From NCBI GenBank assembly GCA_036703175.1, contig DATNPP010000195.1:1-35693 (forward strand): 35,693 nucleotides of DNA, written 5' to 3'. The translations under genes were made by a program, and so were the position numbers. Of this stretch, positions 18,041-27,606 are shown in pieces. The notes beneath the pieces are model-generated. The model made no database searches. It saw only the letters and a list, made by a program, of their open reading frames with translations, and was not told where the DNA came from. The first letter of the stretch is position 1. Every line of letters starts with the position of its first letter. The DNA comes from Oscillatoriaceae cyanobacterium. GTDB taxonomy: Bacteria; Cyanobacteriota; Sericytochromatia; S15B-MN24; JAQBPE01.

Positions 18041-18733
18041 ATGACCCGGATGCACCGCGGAATCGCGCTCGCTCTCGTCGCCACCATGCTCGCAGGCTGC
18101 GGCCAGGCGGCCTTCGTTCCTCCGGCGCAGCCGGGCGTCACGGGCATGGCGGGCATGGCCCTCCGTTCGAGCAGCGCCACGGCGCTCGCGACGTCCTTCG
18201 CGAAATCGGTCGAGAACCAGGCGCCGGATCGCGTGACCCGCAACGGGGCGATAGTGACGATCGAGAGCGGCGATTCGACGACGCGCTACGACTTCACGGC
18301 CACGCCGCGCACGCAACAGGTCACGATCACGGCCGACGGCGTGTCGGTCCAGGTCTCCTACGCCACGCTCACGGCCCAGGCGACCTCCTCGCAAATCAAG
18401 TTCGCGCCGCTCGTGTTGCTGCCGATCGCCCTTGACGTGGCCTTCGCCGGCGCCAAGGCCTATGCGGTGTACTGGTTCACGCACCGCCACGACTTCAACA
18501 AGCACGACGCGATCCAGGCCGTCGTGACGGGCATGGGCCAGGCGCTGGTCGGCTATCTGCCGATGGGCTTCCTGCTGAAGTGGCTGGTGCCGATCGTCGT
18601 GAAGTTCGTGATGAACACCAGCGCCTCGGACTACACGCACGCGCTGCACGACCTCATGTCCCAGCTCGACGACATCGTGCACGCCATCAAGCACATGCTC
18701 GCCGGCGATCCGGCGCCGCAAGTGTCGTACTAA
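18041..18733 (+). CDS. Hypothetical lipoprotein with hydrophobic C-terminal segments
   Basis: AGGAGG sits 5 nt before the ATG at 18041. MTRMHRGIALALVATMLAGC has lipobox LAGC. The C-terminal third has hydrophobic stretches (FAPLVLLPIALDVAFAGA; LVGYLPMGFLLKWLVPIVV). Confidence 0.6.
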   Translation: MTRMHRGIALALVATMLAGCGQAAFVPPAQPGVTGMAGMALRSSSATALATSFAKSVENQAPDRVTRNGAIVTIESGDSTTRYDFTATPRTQQVTITADGVSVQVSYATLTAQATSSQIKFAPLVLLPIALDVAFAGAKAYAVYWFTHRHDFNKHDAIQAVVTGMGQALVGYLPMGFLLKWLVPIVVKFVMNTSASDYTHALHDLMSQLDDIVHAIKHMLAGDPAPQVSY

Positions 18734-18744
18734 GCCTCGTTCTC

Positions 18745-18773
18745 GCCCCGCCCTCGGCGGGGCTCTTTTTTTT
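18745..18773 (+). terminator. Rho-independent terminator
   Basis: GCCCCGCC / GGCGGGGC stem followed by TCTTTTTTTTT. Confidence 0.8.
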
Positions 18774-18901
18774 GCTCATCGTGGAACCGGACGGGCGAGG
18801 CGCGCGTCAAAGAGACCATCGGAACCTCCGTTACGGGCGCTTGCTTTTGGGCACATGACACGAGCCGTCGCCCGCGCTCACACCGCCGTCAGGAGCCCGC
18901 C

Positions 18902-20386
<1,485 letters not shown>

Positions 20387-20394
20387 GAGGCCCC

Positions 20395-21639
20395 GTGAAC
20401 CGCCGCGAATTCCTGAAAACCGCCGCCACGCTCGGCCTGTTCACCGTGATCCCGCTCGGCACGGGCGGCTGGGCCGTCGGCGGTCCGGGCCCTGCACGCA
20501 AGCGTTTGATCGTGCTCTTTCTGCGCGGCGCCGTCGACGGATTGAGCGTGGTCGTGCCGCACTTCGAGTCCGCCTACTACGACGCGCGCCCGACCATCGC
20601 GATTCCGCGCCCCGGCGGCACGGACGGCGTGCTGGATCTCGACGGCCGCTTCGGACTGCACCCGGCGCTCGAGGCCGTGATGCCGCTCTGGCAGCAAGGC
20701 AGCCTGGCCTTCGTGCACGCCTGCGGCTCGCCGGACGCGACGCGATCGCACTTCGACGCGCAGGACTACATGGAGTCCGGCACCCCGGGCGACAAGAACA
20801 CGCCCGGCGGCTGGCTGAACCGCCTGCTCGCCGTGCTGCCAGGCACCCACACGCCGACGCAGGGCGTGAGCGTGGGCGAGACGATTCCGCGTATCTTCTC
20901 CGGGCCGATTCCCGTGGCGAACCTGTCCCTCGGAAAGGATGCCGCGCGCAAGCTCCCGCTTGACCGCCCGGCCATCAAAGAAGCGTTCGCGCGCATGTAC
21001 CAGGGCACCGACCCGCTCAGCGTGGCCTACCAGAAGGGTAGCGCGCAGCGTGAGGAGTTGCTGAAGCAGCTAGACGCGCTGGACGAAGAGCAAAAAATCG
21101 CCGACCACGGCGCGCCATCGCCCCTTGGTTTCTCGCTGGAAGCCCAAAAACTCGCCGGCTTGATCCAGCGCGATCCGAGCATACAGCTCGCGTTCATGGA
21201 CCTCGGCGGCTGGGACACGCACGTGAACCAGGGCGCCGTTCATGGGCAGCTCGCGGGGCATCTGCGGCCATTGGCCGACGGGCTTTCGACGTTGGTGAAA
21301 GGCCTCGGAGACACGTATCAAGACACGACCATTTTGGTGATGTCCGAGTTCGGTCGAACGTTTCGCGAAAACGGCAACGCGGGTACCGACCACGGACACG
21401 GCAACGTCATGTGGGCGCTCGGAGGACGCGTGCAAGGGAAAAGAATCTACGGCGATTGGCCGGGGCTGACAGACAGCCGGCTATATCAAGGGCGAGATCT
21501 CGCGATCACGATGGACTTCCGGCAAGTGTTGACCGAGGTCTTGGCTGAACACCTCGCACTGAACGAGCAGCAACTTGCCACGGTATTGCCAGGCGCGCCG
21601 GGGCGATCGCCGCTTCTGCAGGGGCTTGCAAAAGCCTAA
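20395..21639 (+). CDS. DUF1501 domain-containing protein (Tat-exported, sulfatase/alkaline-phosphatase-like)
   Basis: GTG start after AGGAGG. Twin-arginine leader MNRREFLKTAATLG. MSEFGRT..ENGNAGTDHGHGN is characteristic of DUF1501. Confidence 0.8.
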   Translation: MNRREFLKTAATLGLFTVIPLGTGGWAVGGPGPARKRLIVLFLRGAVDGLSVVVPHFESAYYDARPTIAIPRPGGTDGVLDLDGRFGLHPALEAVMPLWQQGSLAFVHACGSPDATRSHFDAQDYMESGTPGDKNTPGGWLNRLLAVLPGTHTPTQGVSVGETIPRIFSGPIPVANLSLGKDAARKLPLDRPAIKEAFARMYQGTDPLSVAYQKGSAQREELLKQLDALDEEQKIADHGAPSPLGFSLEAQKLAGLIQRDPSIQLAFMDLGGWDTHVNQGAVHGQLAGHLRPLADGLSTLVKGLGDTYQDTTILVMSEFGRTFRENGNAGTDHGHGNVMWALGGRVQGKRIYGDWPGLTDSRLYQGRDLAITMDFRQVLTEVLAEHLALNEQQLATVLPGAPGRSPLLQGLAKA

Positions 21640-21668
21640 GGTGCCCCACCAACCTTTGTAGACGCGCC

Positions 21669-22796
21669 CTAAGTCTCCAGGGAACCCTTCGTTTGCATCG
21701 GGGTCATATGGCGTTCAAGTGTTTGAATGCGCGCCGCTAGCCGGCGGCCCAAGAACACGCCAGGTCGCTCGAACAAGTAGTAATACAACGTAGCCAGAAG
21801 CAAACTCGTGCACAGAGAGCAAGCGACTACAATCGGCGGGTGCGCTCCAAGATGGAAGGGACTCCAGTAAGCAAAAAAGTGTATCGTCAGAATATGGAGC
21901 AGATAGAAACTGTAAGAGATACGTCCCAGGAAACGTAGCGGCGCCAAGCCCAGGAAGCGCTTGAATCGCCCCGGTGCCAATGCCGCCACCACGAAGATGG
22001 CTGCCGCCAATGTCACGAGCGCTTCTTTAAGGAGCAAGCCGGCAACGTCGTAAGTCAGGTGATCGACGATCCGGAAGCTGAAGGTGAACATCAACAGGCC
22101 ACCGAGCAGGATCAGCAGGCGCCAGGCGAAATGCCGCGCGCTCCACCAATTCGCCAGACGATCGCGGTGGCGGGCCAGGGATATCCCGATCATGAACATT
22201 CCCATGTACATCAAACCGATCGGAAAAGTATCCGGCGCGCCGATGCGGATGAGCCAGCGGTCGAGAACCGCGCCCGACACGAAAGCCAGAATAACCGCGC
22301 CCGCCCAAGTCCACGATGAGGACTTCAGATAGCCACGCATCAGCCAAGGAAACACGAGCGAGATGCGCATCTCGTAGACGAGCGACCAGGCGACGGGCAG
22401 GACGGACACCCCCACGGGTCCAATCAGCTCCGCGTACGCCCCTAGTAACCCCAAGCTCGGCAAATGCCAGGGCTTCCCGGACGCGACCAAGCAAAGTCCA
22501 GGAAGTATCACCGCCAGAGCGAGCGCCGCCAAGTAGGCCGGGTAGATCCTCAGGACACGCTTGACCAGGAATCCAGGGGCGGAAACCGGGCCGTCGAGAA
22601 AGGGAAGGGCAAGCACGAACCCAGACAAAACGAAGAACAATCGCACGGCCTCAAGGCCACATGCGAACGGCGTATAATCCCAGAAGGACGAGTGGGGCAG
22701 TATCGTCAGGTGATAGCCCCACACAACGAGCGCCGCAAGGCCCCGCAGCGAGTCCAGCGCCTCGTAGCGTGGGGATGTGGATTGGTTTGAGATCAA
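21669..22796 (-). CDS. Acyltransferase family 3 (OafA/YrhL-like O-acyltransferase, membrane domain only)
   Basis: 375 aa, polytopic, with an apparent TTG start. N-terminal YEALDSLRGLAALVVWGYHL resembles the conserved start of acyltransferase-3 proteins. The gene is visibly AT-richer than its neighbours. Confidence 0.75.
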   Translation of the reverse strand: MISNQSTSPRYEALDSLRGLAALVVWGYHLTILPHSSFWDYTPFACGLEAVRLFFVLSGFVLALPFLDGPVSAPGFLVKRVLRIYPAYLAALALAVILPGLCLVASGKPWHLPSLGLLGAYAELIGPVGVSVLPVAWSLVYEMRISLVFPWLMRGYLKSSSWTWAGAVILAFVSGAVLDRWLIRIGAPDTFPIGLMYMGMFMIGISLARHRDRLANWWSARHFAWRLLILLGGLLMFTFSFRIVDHLTYDVAGLLLKEALVTLAAAIFVVAALAPGRFKRFLGLAPLRFLGRISYSFYLLHILTIHFFAYWSPFHLGAHPPIVVACSLCTSLLLATLYYYLFERPGVFLGRRLAARIQTLERHMTPMQTKGSLET

Positions 22797-23085
22797 TTCG
22801 CCCCCGGCTGCTGAAAACCTCCCTGCGGGGCACCGTCAATCGCCGTAGCCATCGCCCGTCAGGGAATCAACATGAGACCTATCGACAAGCAACACGCTTC
22901 GCATTAGGTTCGCCAGGACGCTCGGTCATTCGCGAGAAACGACGCCTTGCATCGTTGACGGCGTGCAAACTGAAGCGGTTGGTCCCGGCTTCCTTTACCG
23001 GCGAAGGCGAGCACGATTGGCTGTCACCATCAAAATGTAACGAGCAGCCCACACAGGAAACGAGATTCAAGTACACGGTACGAAG

Positions 23086-23122
23086 ACAAAAACGCCGGCA
23101 GATAACAAAGTATCTACCGACG
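23086..23122 (-). terminator. Rho-independent terminator after the Fn3-like lipoprotein gene
   Basis: On the minus strand, CGTCGGTAGATA-CTTTGT-TATCTGCCGGCG (one mismatch) is followed by TTTTTGT. It begins 19 nt after the stop. Confidence 0.65.
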
Positions 23123-23140
23123 TATTGGCGATTGGTTCGG

Positions 23141-23893
23141 TTAACTGCCCTGGCTGAAAGTCTGCGTCGTCGACGGGTTTACGTCGATCGCCGTCAACTT
23201 GGTCAGATCGCTGTTGTCGCCCCGAATCGCCTCGACGTTCCACGAATAGACGATGCCGTTCGTGATGCTCTCGTTCGAGCCCGTCGGGAAAATCGTCGTG
23301 AACTTGTCCAGCTTCACGGTGCTGTCCGCGCCGAACTTCAGGCTGGTATTGTCCGTCAACGCGCTCCAGGCCACCTTGCCGCTCGCGCCGTTGGTGACGG
23401 TCACGTAGTACCAGTTCGCGCCCGACACGGCGGACCAGCTGAAGGTCGGCGTGTCGCCCACGTTGATGGTCGCCTTGTCCGCGGGTTGCAGCCCGGTCGG
23501 CTTGCCGACCTGTTGCTTGAGAATCGCCACGGGCTCGGGGTTCGAGGTCGTGAGCTCCTTTTGATCGCCGGAGAGCGCCCGCACGGTGAAGCTGGCGGCC
23601 ATGCCGACGTCGAGCGAGCTGTCCGTGTAGCTCGTGTTCGAGGTGGTCGTGACCACCTTCGCGGTGCCCGTCGCCAGCTGGCGGATGACCTCGTAGGTCT
23701 TGGCGCTCAGGGCCGAGTTCCAGCTGAGCATCGCCTCGGAGGAGACCTTCTGCGTCGCCGGATCGACCTGGGTGACGCCCAGGGCGGTCAAGGGCAGCGG
23801 GCCGCCGCCCACGTAGGTGCCGTTCGGCAGCGTGCAGGCGGCGAGAAGCGTGACGGCGAGGGTTGCGGAGACACGGAGGGCGGGTTTGAACAT
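23141..23893 (-). CDS. Lipoprotein with two fibronectin-type-III-like repeats
   Basis: MFKPALRVSATLAVTLLAAC has lipobox LAAC. Two Fn3-like patterns are present: SWNSALSAKTYEVIRQ...TSYTDSSL...FTVRAL and FSWSAVSGANWYYVTV. GGAAGGAAG RBS lies 22 nt after the crp-like stop. Confidence 0.6.
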   Translation of the reverse strand: MFKPALRVSATLAVTLLAACTLPNGTYVGGGPLPLTALGVTQVDPATQKVSSEAMLSWNSALSAKTYEVIRQLATGTAKVVTTTSNTSYTDSSLDVGMAASFTVRALSGDQKELTTSNPEPVAILKQQVGKPTGLQPADKATINVGDTPTFSWSAVSGANWYYVTVTNGASGKVAWSALTDNTSLKFGADSTVKLDKFTTIFPTGSNESITNGIVYSWNVEAIRGDNSDLTKLTAIDVNPSTTQTFSQGS

Positions 23894-23915
23894 GGTGGGA
23901 TCTTCCTTCCGATGG

Positions 23916-24602
23916 CTAGACCATCATCTCGCGGAGCTTGTCTTCGTTCTTGAGCGTGAGGCGGTTCTTGTCGAGCACGATGAGGCCGCGGTCCTGATAG
24001 TCCATCAGCACGCGCGTCAGCGTCTCGCGGCTGGTGCCGGCGAGGCTCGCCAGTTCCTGGCGGGTCATGTTGTGCGTGAAGGTGAGGCCCTCCGGGCTGC
24101 GCTCGCCGTTCTGGCCGAGCTCGAGCAGCAAGCGCGCCACGCGGCCGGGCGCCGAGAGGAAAGCCAGGCTCTCCATATTGCGATCGGCCGCGCGCAGACG
24201 CTGGGAGAGGGTGACGAGAAGCTTGAAGGCAATCTCGGGCGTGCTGCGCAGCAAGCGCCAGAACTCGTCGCGCTGGATCATGACGAGTTGCACGTCGTCG
24301 ACGCAGATCGCCGTCGCCGAGCGCGGCTCGCCGTCGAGCAGCGACATCTCCCCGAAGAAGTCGTTCTCGCCGAGCATGCCGAGGATGTGCTCGCGGCCGT
24401 CGTCGGCGTTCACGACGATCTTCACCTTGCCCGAGAGGATGATGTAGCCGCTCGTGCCGGGATCTTCCTCGTAGAAGATCACGTTGCCGCGCGAAATCGC
24501 GCGCGGCCGGCAAAGCTGGGCCAGCTGGGCCAGCTCGGCCTCGTCGAGATCCGCGAAGAGCGGCACGCTGCGCAGCGAGTTGTTGACGTCTTGCGCTCTC
24601 AT
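23916..24602 (-). CDS. Crp/Fnr-family transcriptional regulator
   Basis: Trimmed to the ATG at 24602 (GGGAGGG upstream). cNMP-binding signature FFGEMSLLDGEPRSATA and C-terminal HTH RQELASLAGTSRETLTRVL. Confidence 0.85.
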   Translation of the reverse strand: MRAQDVNNSLRSVPLFADLDEAELAQLAQLCRPRAISRGNVIFYEEDPGTSGYIILSGKVKIVVNADDGREHILGMLGENDFFGEMSLLDGEPRSATAICVDDVQLVMIQRDEFWRLLRSTPEIAFKLLVTLSQRLRAADRNMESLAFLSAPGRVARLLLELGQNGERSPEGLTFTHNMTRQELASLAGTSRETLTRVLMDYQDRGLIVLDKNRLTLKNEDKLREMMV

Positions 24603-24648
24603 CAAGCGGAAACCCTCCCATCGTGCGGCCGAGGCCGATTTCAGGCTC

Positions 24649-24657
24649 ATTTTACCA
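24649..24657 (-). promoter_or_regulatory. Extended -10 element TGGTAAAAT upstream of the crp-like gene
   Basis: The reverse complement of 24649-24657 reads TGGTAAAAT (TGnTAnnnT), 47 nt upstream of the ATG at 24602. Confidence 0.4.
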
Positions 24658-24698
24658 CGGTTGGCTTCGGCGCACGCGGGCGATCCTCACGGCACGAG

Positions 24699-24714
24699 TG
24701 TCAGACGGATCACA
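24699..24714. promoter_or_regulatory. CRP-like palindrome TGTCA-N6-TCACA
   Basis: 9 of 10 positions match TGTGA-N6-TCACA. It is centred roughly 60-65 bp upstream of the predicted start site of the crp-like gene. Confidence 0.3.
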
Positions 24715-24729
24715 CCAAGCGTGAGTTCC

Positions 24730-27555
24730 CTAATACAGCAATCCCACCTGAGGTTTCCAGGTCGCGTTGTAGGTCAATCCGATCGTCGGCGTGATCGCGA
24801 GGCCGTAGGCCTGCGTCTGGGGCACCTTGCCGTTGAAGACGTAGGCGTCGGCGCCGACGCTGAGCGACAGCCCGCCCCAGAGCGGGAACTCGAACGCCGG
24901 CTGGCACTCGCCCAGAAAGCCGATGTCCGCCGGCGTGTCCTGCGTGGTCGGAAGGTACTGCTTGAGATCGAGATCCAGCGTGAAGTCCGCCGGGCCCAGC
25001 GACTGCTTGAACTTCGTTTCGAGCTCGCCGCCGGCCTGCACGCCCGGGCGATCCACGTCGCGCTTGGCGATCGCCCCCAGCCGCAATTCCTTGAACCACC
25101 CGCCCGGCTGCAACACCACGCCGCCGATGCCGTCGTATTCCTGCTCGAGCGGGTTGGCCTTGCCCGTCGAGGCATCGATCGTCGGCGTGAACTGCGTGAC
25201 GTAGTTGCCCTTCACGAACGGCACCAGATCCATCGTGTCCCCCGGCATGTCGAGCTTGAAGACCTTGAGCCGCAGCTCGGTGCCGAGCGCCAGATTGTTG
25301 TCCGGCTCCTGCACGCTGGGACCGCTCGCGCTGTCCAGCTCCTCGCGCTGATAGGCCGAAACGATCGTGTTCTCCCAGTCGATCGACGCCGCCTCGTAGG
25401 CGATCGACACCTTGCCCTTGCCGCCGATCAGCGTGCTGTTGGCGTTGTTGAGGTTCGAGTCCCGCACCTGCCCGAACTCGTCGCGGCTCGTGGCGCGGAA
25501 CGCCTGGAACGTGCCTTCGAGGGGCTTCACCGTCAGCACCCAGCGCGGGGCGATCGCGCTGCCGTCGTCTTGCAGCATGCTCACGAGCGCCTTGCAGTAG
25601 TCCGCCGTGAAGCCGCCGTAGCGCTGTTTCAATCCGACGAGGCGCGCCAGCACCGCGTCGTGCAGGGTCGTCGCTCCGGCCGCCGTCGGCGCCAGGCGGC
25701 CGCCTTGCAAGGCGAGCGGACGCGCATCGGCATCCTGGAAGGCTCTGCGATAGCCCTCGCTGTGCGCGATCCGCGCCGTCGTCACCACGCGGTAGACCTC
25801 GTCGTCCTCCAGCTTGCGCCCACCGACCTTGGCCTTGGCCGCATCCACGCCGGCGGCCACCAGGTATTCGGCGTCGAGCAGCATGCGAATCTGTTTGCCG
25901 GTCAGCTGGGCGCTGACGAGATGCTCGTTGGACAACCAGGCCTCGGCGGTCGATTCCGGCACCGCGCCTTCGAGAATCGAGCCGCCGTCCAGCTTGGGCA
26001 CGATGGCGATCTCGGCGCCCGCCTCGCGCCGCAGGCTGCTGGCCGCGAGGCGCGACCACTGCGGCTGGTTGTACTCGTCGAACTCGGTGTCCTTGTAGAC
26101 GCCGGCCTTGGGGGCGATCGCGAGCAGATCCCGAAAGTCCGGCAACAGGGCCTCGCGATGCTTCGCCAGAAAGGCCAGGCGCGCCTCGCGCTGGCTCCAG
26201 GAGCGCGCCGCGTCGGCGACCGGCACCTCCCGATCGGTCGCGCGCTGCACGTCGTTGTCGACCGCCTGCAAGCCTCGGGCGCCGAAATCCAGCGTGAGCC
26301 GTCCGACTTGCTCGGTCCGCACGCCGGCAACCAGCCAGGGTTCCCCGTCACGCGTGCTCTGCGGATCGGCAGGCTCGAAGCGCTCGTGGTAGCGCCACTC
26401 CGTGTGTTCGGGATGGCACCCCACGATCACCGCGATTCCAGTCGTCTGCCGGCGCAGCTCCGCGAGGTCGCTCTCGCCGAGATTGGTCAGGATCACCACG
26501 GCATCGACGCCCTCCTGGCGTACCGCATCCAGCGCGGGCCGAAGGGCCTCGGCGGGGCTCTTCCAATGCCACCCGGCACGCGCGTTGAGCGCCCCGGTAT
26601 CGAGCAGACGATCCGTGTCCGCGAGGCCGATGATGCCGATGCGACGGCCGTCGCGCTCACCGATGACGTAAGGCTTCAGCTGGACGCCCGCGGGCGGCGT
26701 CAAATTGGCCGCCACCAGAGGGGCGCGCTGCGACAGGCGAACCAGCGCGTCGTGGGGCATTTGCAGCTCGTCGACCCAGGGCACCAGAGCATCGAGATGC
26801 AGCCCCGCGACGCGATCGATCTCGTCGTTGCTCGCGTCCGGTGCGAGCAGCCCGCCGAGGTCCACGCGCAGCGCATGCGATTGCGCGGCCTGCGCCGAGG
26901 CCAGCACCCGGCTTGCCGCGCCGCCCAGCTGGTTGCCGAAGAGGTCGATCGTGCCGGTGTGGAGGTTGCGCGTCAACGTGGCGCTGTCGCGGCTGGCCCA
27001 GTGCCACGCGTACGGCTGTTTGAGCGCATCGCCGCGTGGCGTGCTGCCGTCGTCGCTGAGAATGAACACATGCTGGCCATGGGGCCCGACGGCCGTAAAG
27101 AGGCGCCCCGTCGTGAACCGCACGTCGGGCATTCGGCCGTCCTGGCGGATGCGATCGACCAGCCATCGGACGAGCCAGGGGCGCTGCGCGTCGGGCTCCT
27201 GAAACGCGCTGATGTAGTCCGAGCGCAACTCGGGTACCAACTGACCGCCGGGCTGCACGCGCAGCCCGCCTTGCGCGAAGAGCCCGCTCGCCGTCGCCGG
27301 CTCGAGCGGGTGGCCCGCCGACCACATGACCCAGTCGCCATGGCGCAGTACCGCCTGGTCGACGTCAATGCCGCTCGCGGCCACATCGGTGTCGCCGTAA
27401 AGATACTGGCTCTCGTTGAGCGTGACGTAAGCCGCGTCAAGACCGCCGAGCATCGCGGTATAAACGATCGGCACCTGGGCGTGCGGCGCGGGGGTGGCAT
27501 CGGCTGGAACGGCGAGCGTGGCGAGCAGCAGGGTCGTGAAAAAACGGCGGTACAA
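24730..27555 (-). CDS. Large secreted protein: 5'-nucleotidase/metallophosphatase-like region fused to a C-terminal beta-barrel-like domain
   Basis: Preferred start is TTG at 27555 (GAGG 8 nt upstream), giving MYRRFFTTLLLATLAVPADA as signal peptide. The ORF-track start at 27600 is also TTG but has no SD. UshA-like blocks: IGIIGLADTD, GVDAVVILTNLGESD, GIAVIVGCHPEH, LVSAQLTGKQIRMLLD, EVYRVVTTARIAHSEGY. The last ~270 aa have alternating-hydrophobic strands and end in ...GLTYNATWKPQVGLLY. Confidence 0.55.
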   Translation of the reverse strand: MYRRFFTTLLLATLAVPADATPAPHAQVPIVYTAMLGGLDAAYVTLNESQYLYGDTDVAASGIDVDQAVLRHGDWVMWSAGHPLEPATASGLFAQGGLRVQPGGQLVPELRSDYISAFQEPDAQRPWLVRWLVDRIRQDGRMPDVRFTTGRLFTAVGPHGQHVFILSDDGSTPRGDALKQPYAWHWASRDSATLTRNLHTGTIDLFGNQLGGAASRVLASAQAAQSHALRVDLGGLLAPDASNDEIDRVAGLHLDALVPWVDELQMPHDALVRLSQRAPLVAANLTPPAGVQLKPYVIGERDGRRIGIIGLADTDRLLDTGALNARAGWHWKSPAEALRPALDAVRQEGVDAVVILTNLGESDLAELRRQTTGIAVIVGCHPEHTEWRYHERFEPADPQSTRDGEPWLVAGVRTEQVGRLTLDFGARGLQAVDNDVQRATDREVPVADAARSWSQREARLAFLAKHREALLPDFRDLLAIAPKAGVYKDTEFDEYNQPQWSRLAASSLRREAGAEIAIVPKLDGGSILEGAVPESTAEAWLSNEHLVSAQLTGKQIRMLLDAEYLVAAGVDAAKAKVGGRKLEDDEVYRVVTTARIAHSEGYRRAFQDADARPLALQGGRLAPTAAGATTLHDAVLARLVGLKQRYGGFTADYCKALVSMLQDDGSAIAPRWVLTVKPLEGTFQAFRATSRDEFGQVRDSNLNNANSTLIGGKGKVSIAYEAASIDWENTIVSAYQREELDSASGPSVQEPDNNLALGTELRLKVFKLDMPGDTMDLVPFVKGNYVTQFTPTIDASTGKANPLEQEYDGIGGVVLQPGGWFKELRLGAIAKRDVDRPGVQAGGELETKFKQSLGPADFTLDLDLKQYLPTTQDTPADIGFLGECQPAFEFPLWGGLSLSVGADAYVFNGKVPQTQAYGLAITPTIGLTYNATWKPQVGLLY

Positions 27556-27589
27556 GGCAGGACCTCGATTGGAACCTACGCCTTGTACC
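27550..27589 (-). promoter_or_regulatory. Hairpin spanning the TTG start (27553-27555) of the large gene, terminator-like
   Basis: Perfect 10-bp inverted repeat GGTACAAGGC / GCCTTGTACC with a 20-nt loop that contains the GAGG. The TTG start lies in the 3' arm. On the minus strand the hairpin is followed by GCCG and TTTTTT. Confidence 0.4.
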
Positions 27590-27606
27590 CTAGCAGGCAA
27601 GTAAGC

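Noticed and set aside
22879-23076. 65-aa minus-strand ORF in the AT-richer spacer upstream of the acyltransferase
   Set aside because: It has no Shine-Dalgarno and a Cys/Ser-rich composition unlike any neighbour. It begins within about 10 nt of the preceding terminator. I treat it as non-coding, though the spacer itself remains unexplained.
22661-23953. 430-aa plus-strand ORF
   Set aside because: It crosses the non-coding spacer and runs antisense to the Fn3 lipoprotein gene. It has no motifs, so it is a shadow ORF.
27539-27589. Hairpin plus T6 as a simple terminator separating the J-protein gene from an independently started downstream gene
   Set aside because: The only start codons that preserve the signal peptide lie within or upstream of the hairpin, so it cannot be purely an inter-operon terminator. 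It is kept as a regulatory-structure hypothesis instead.
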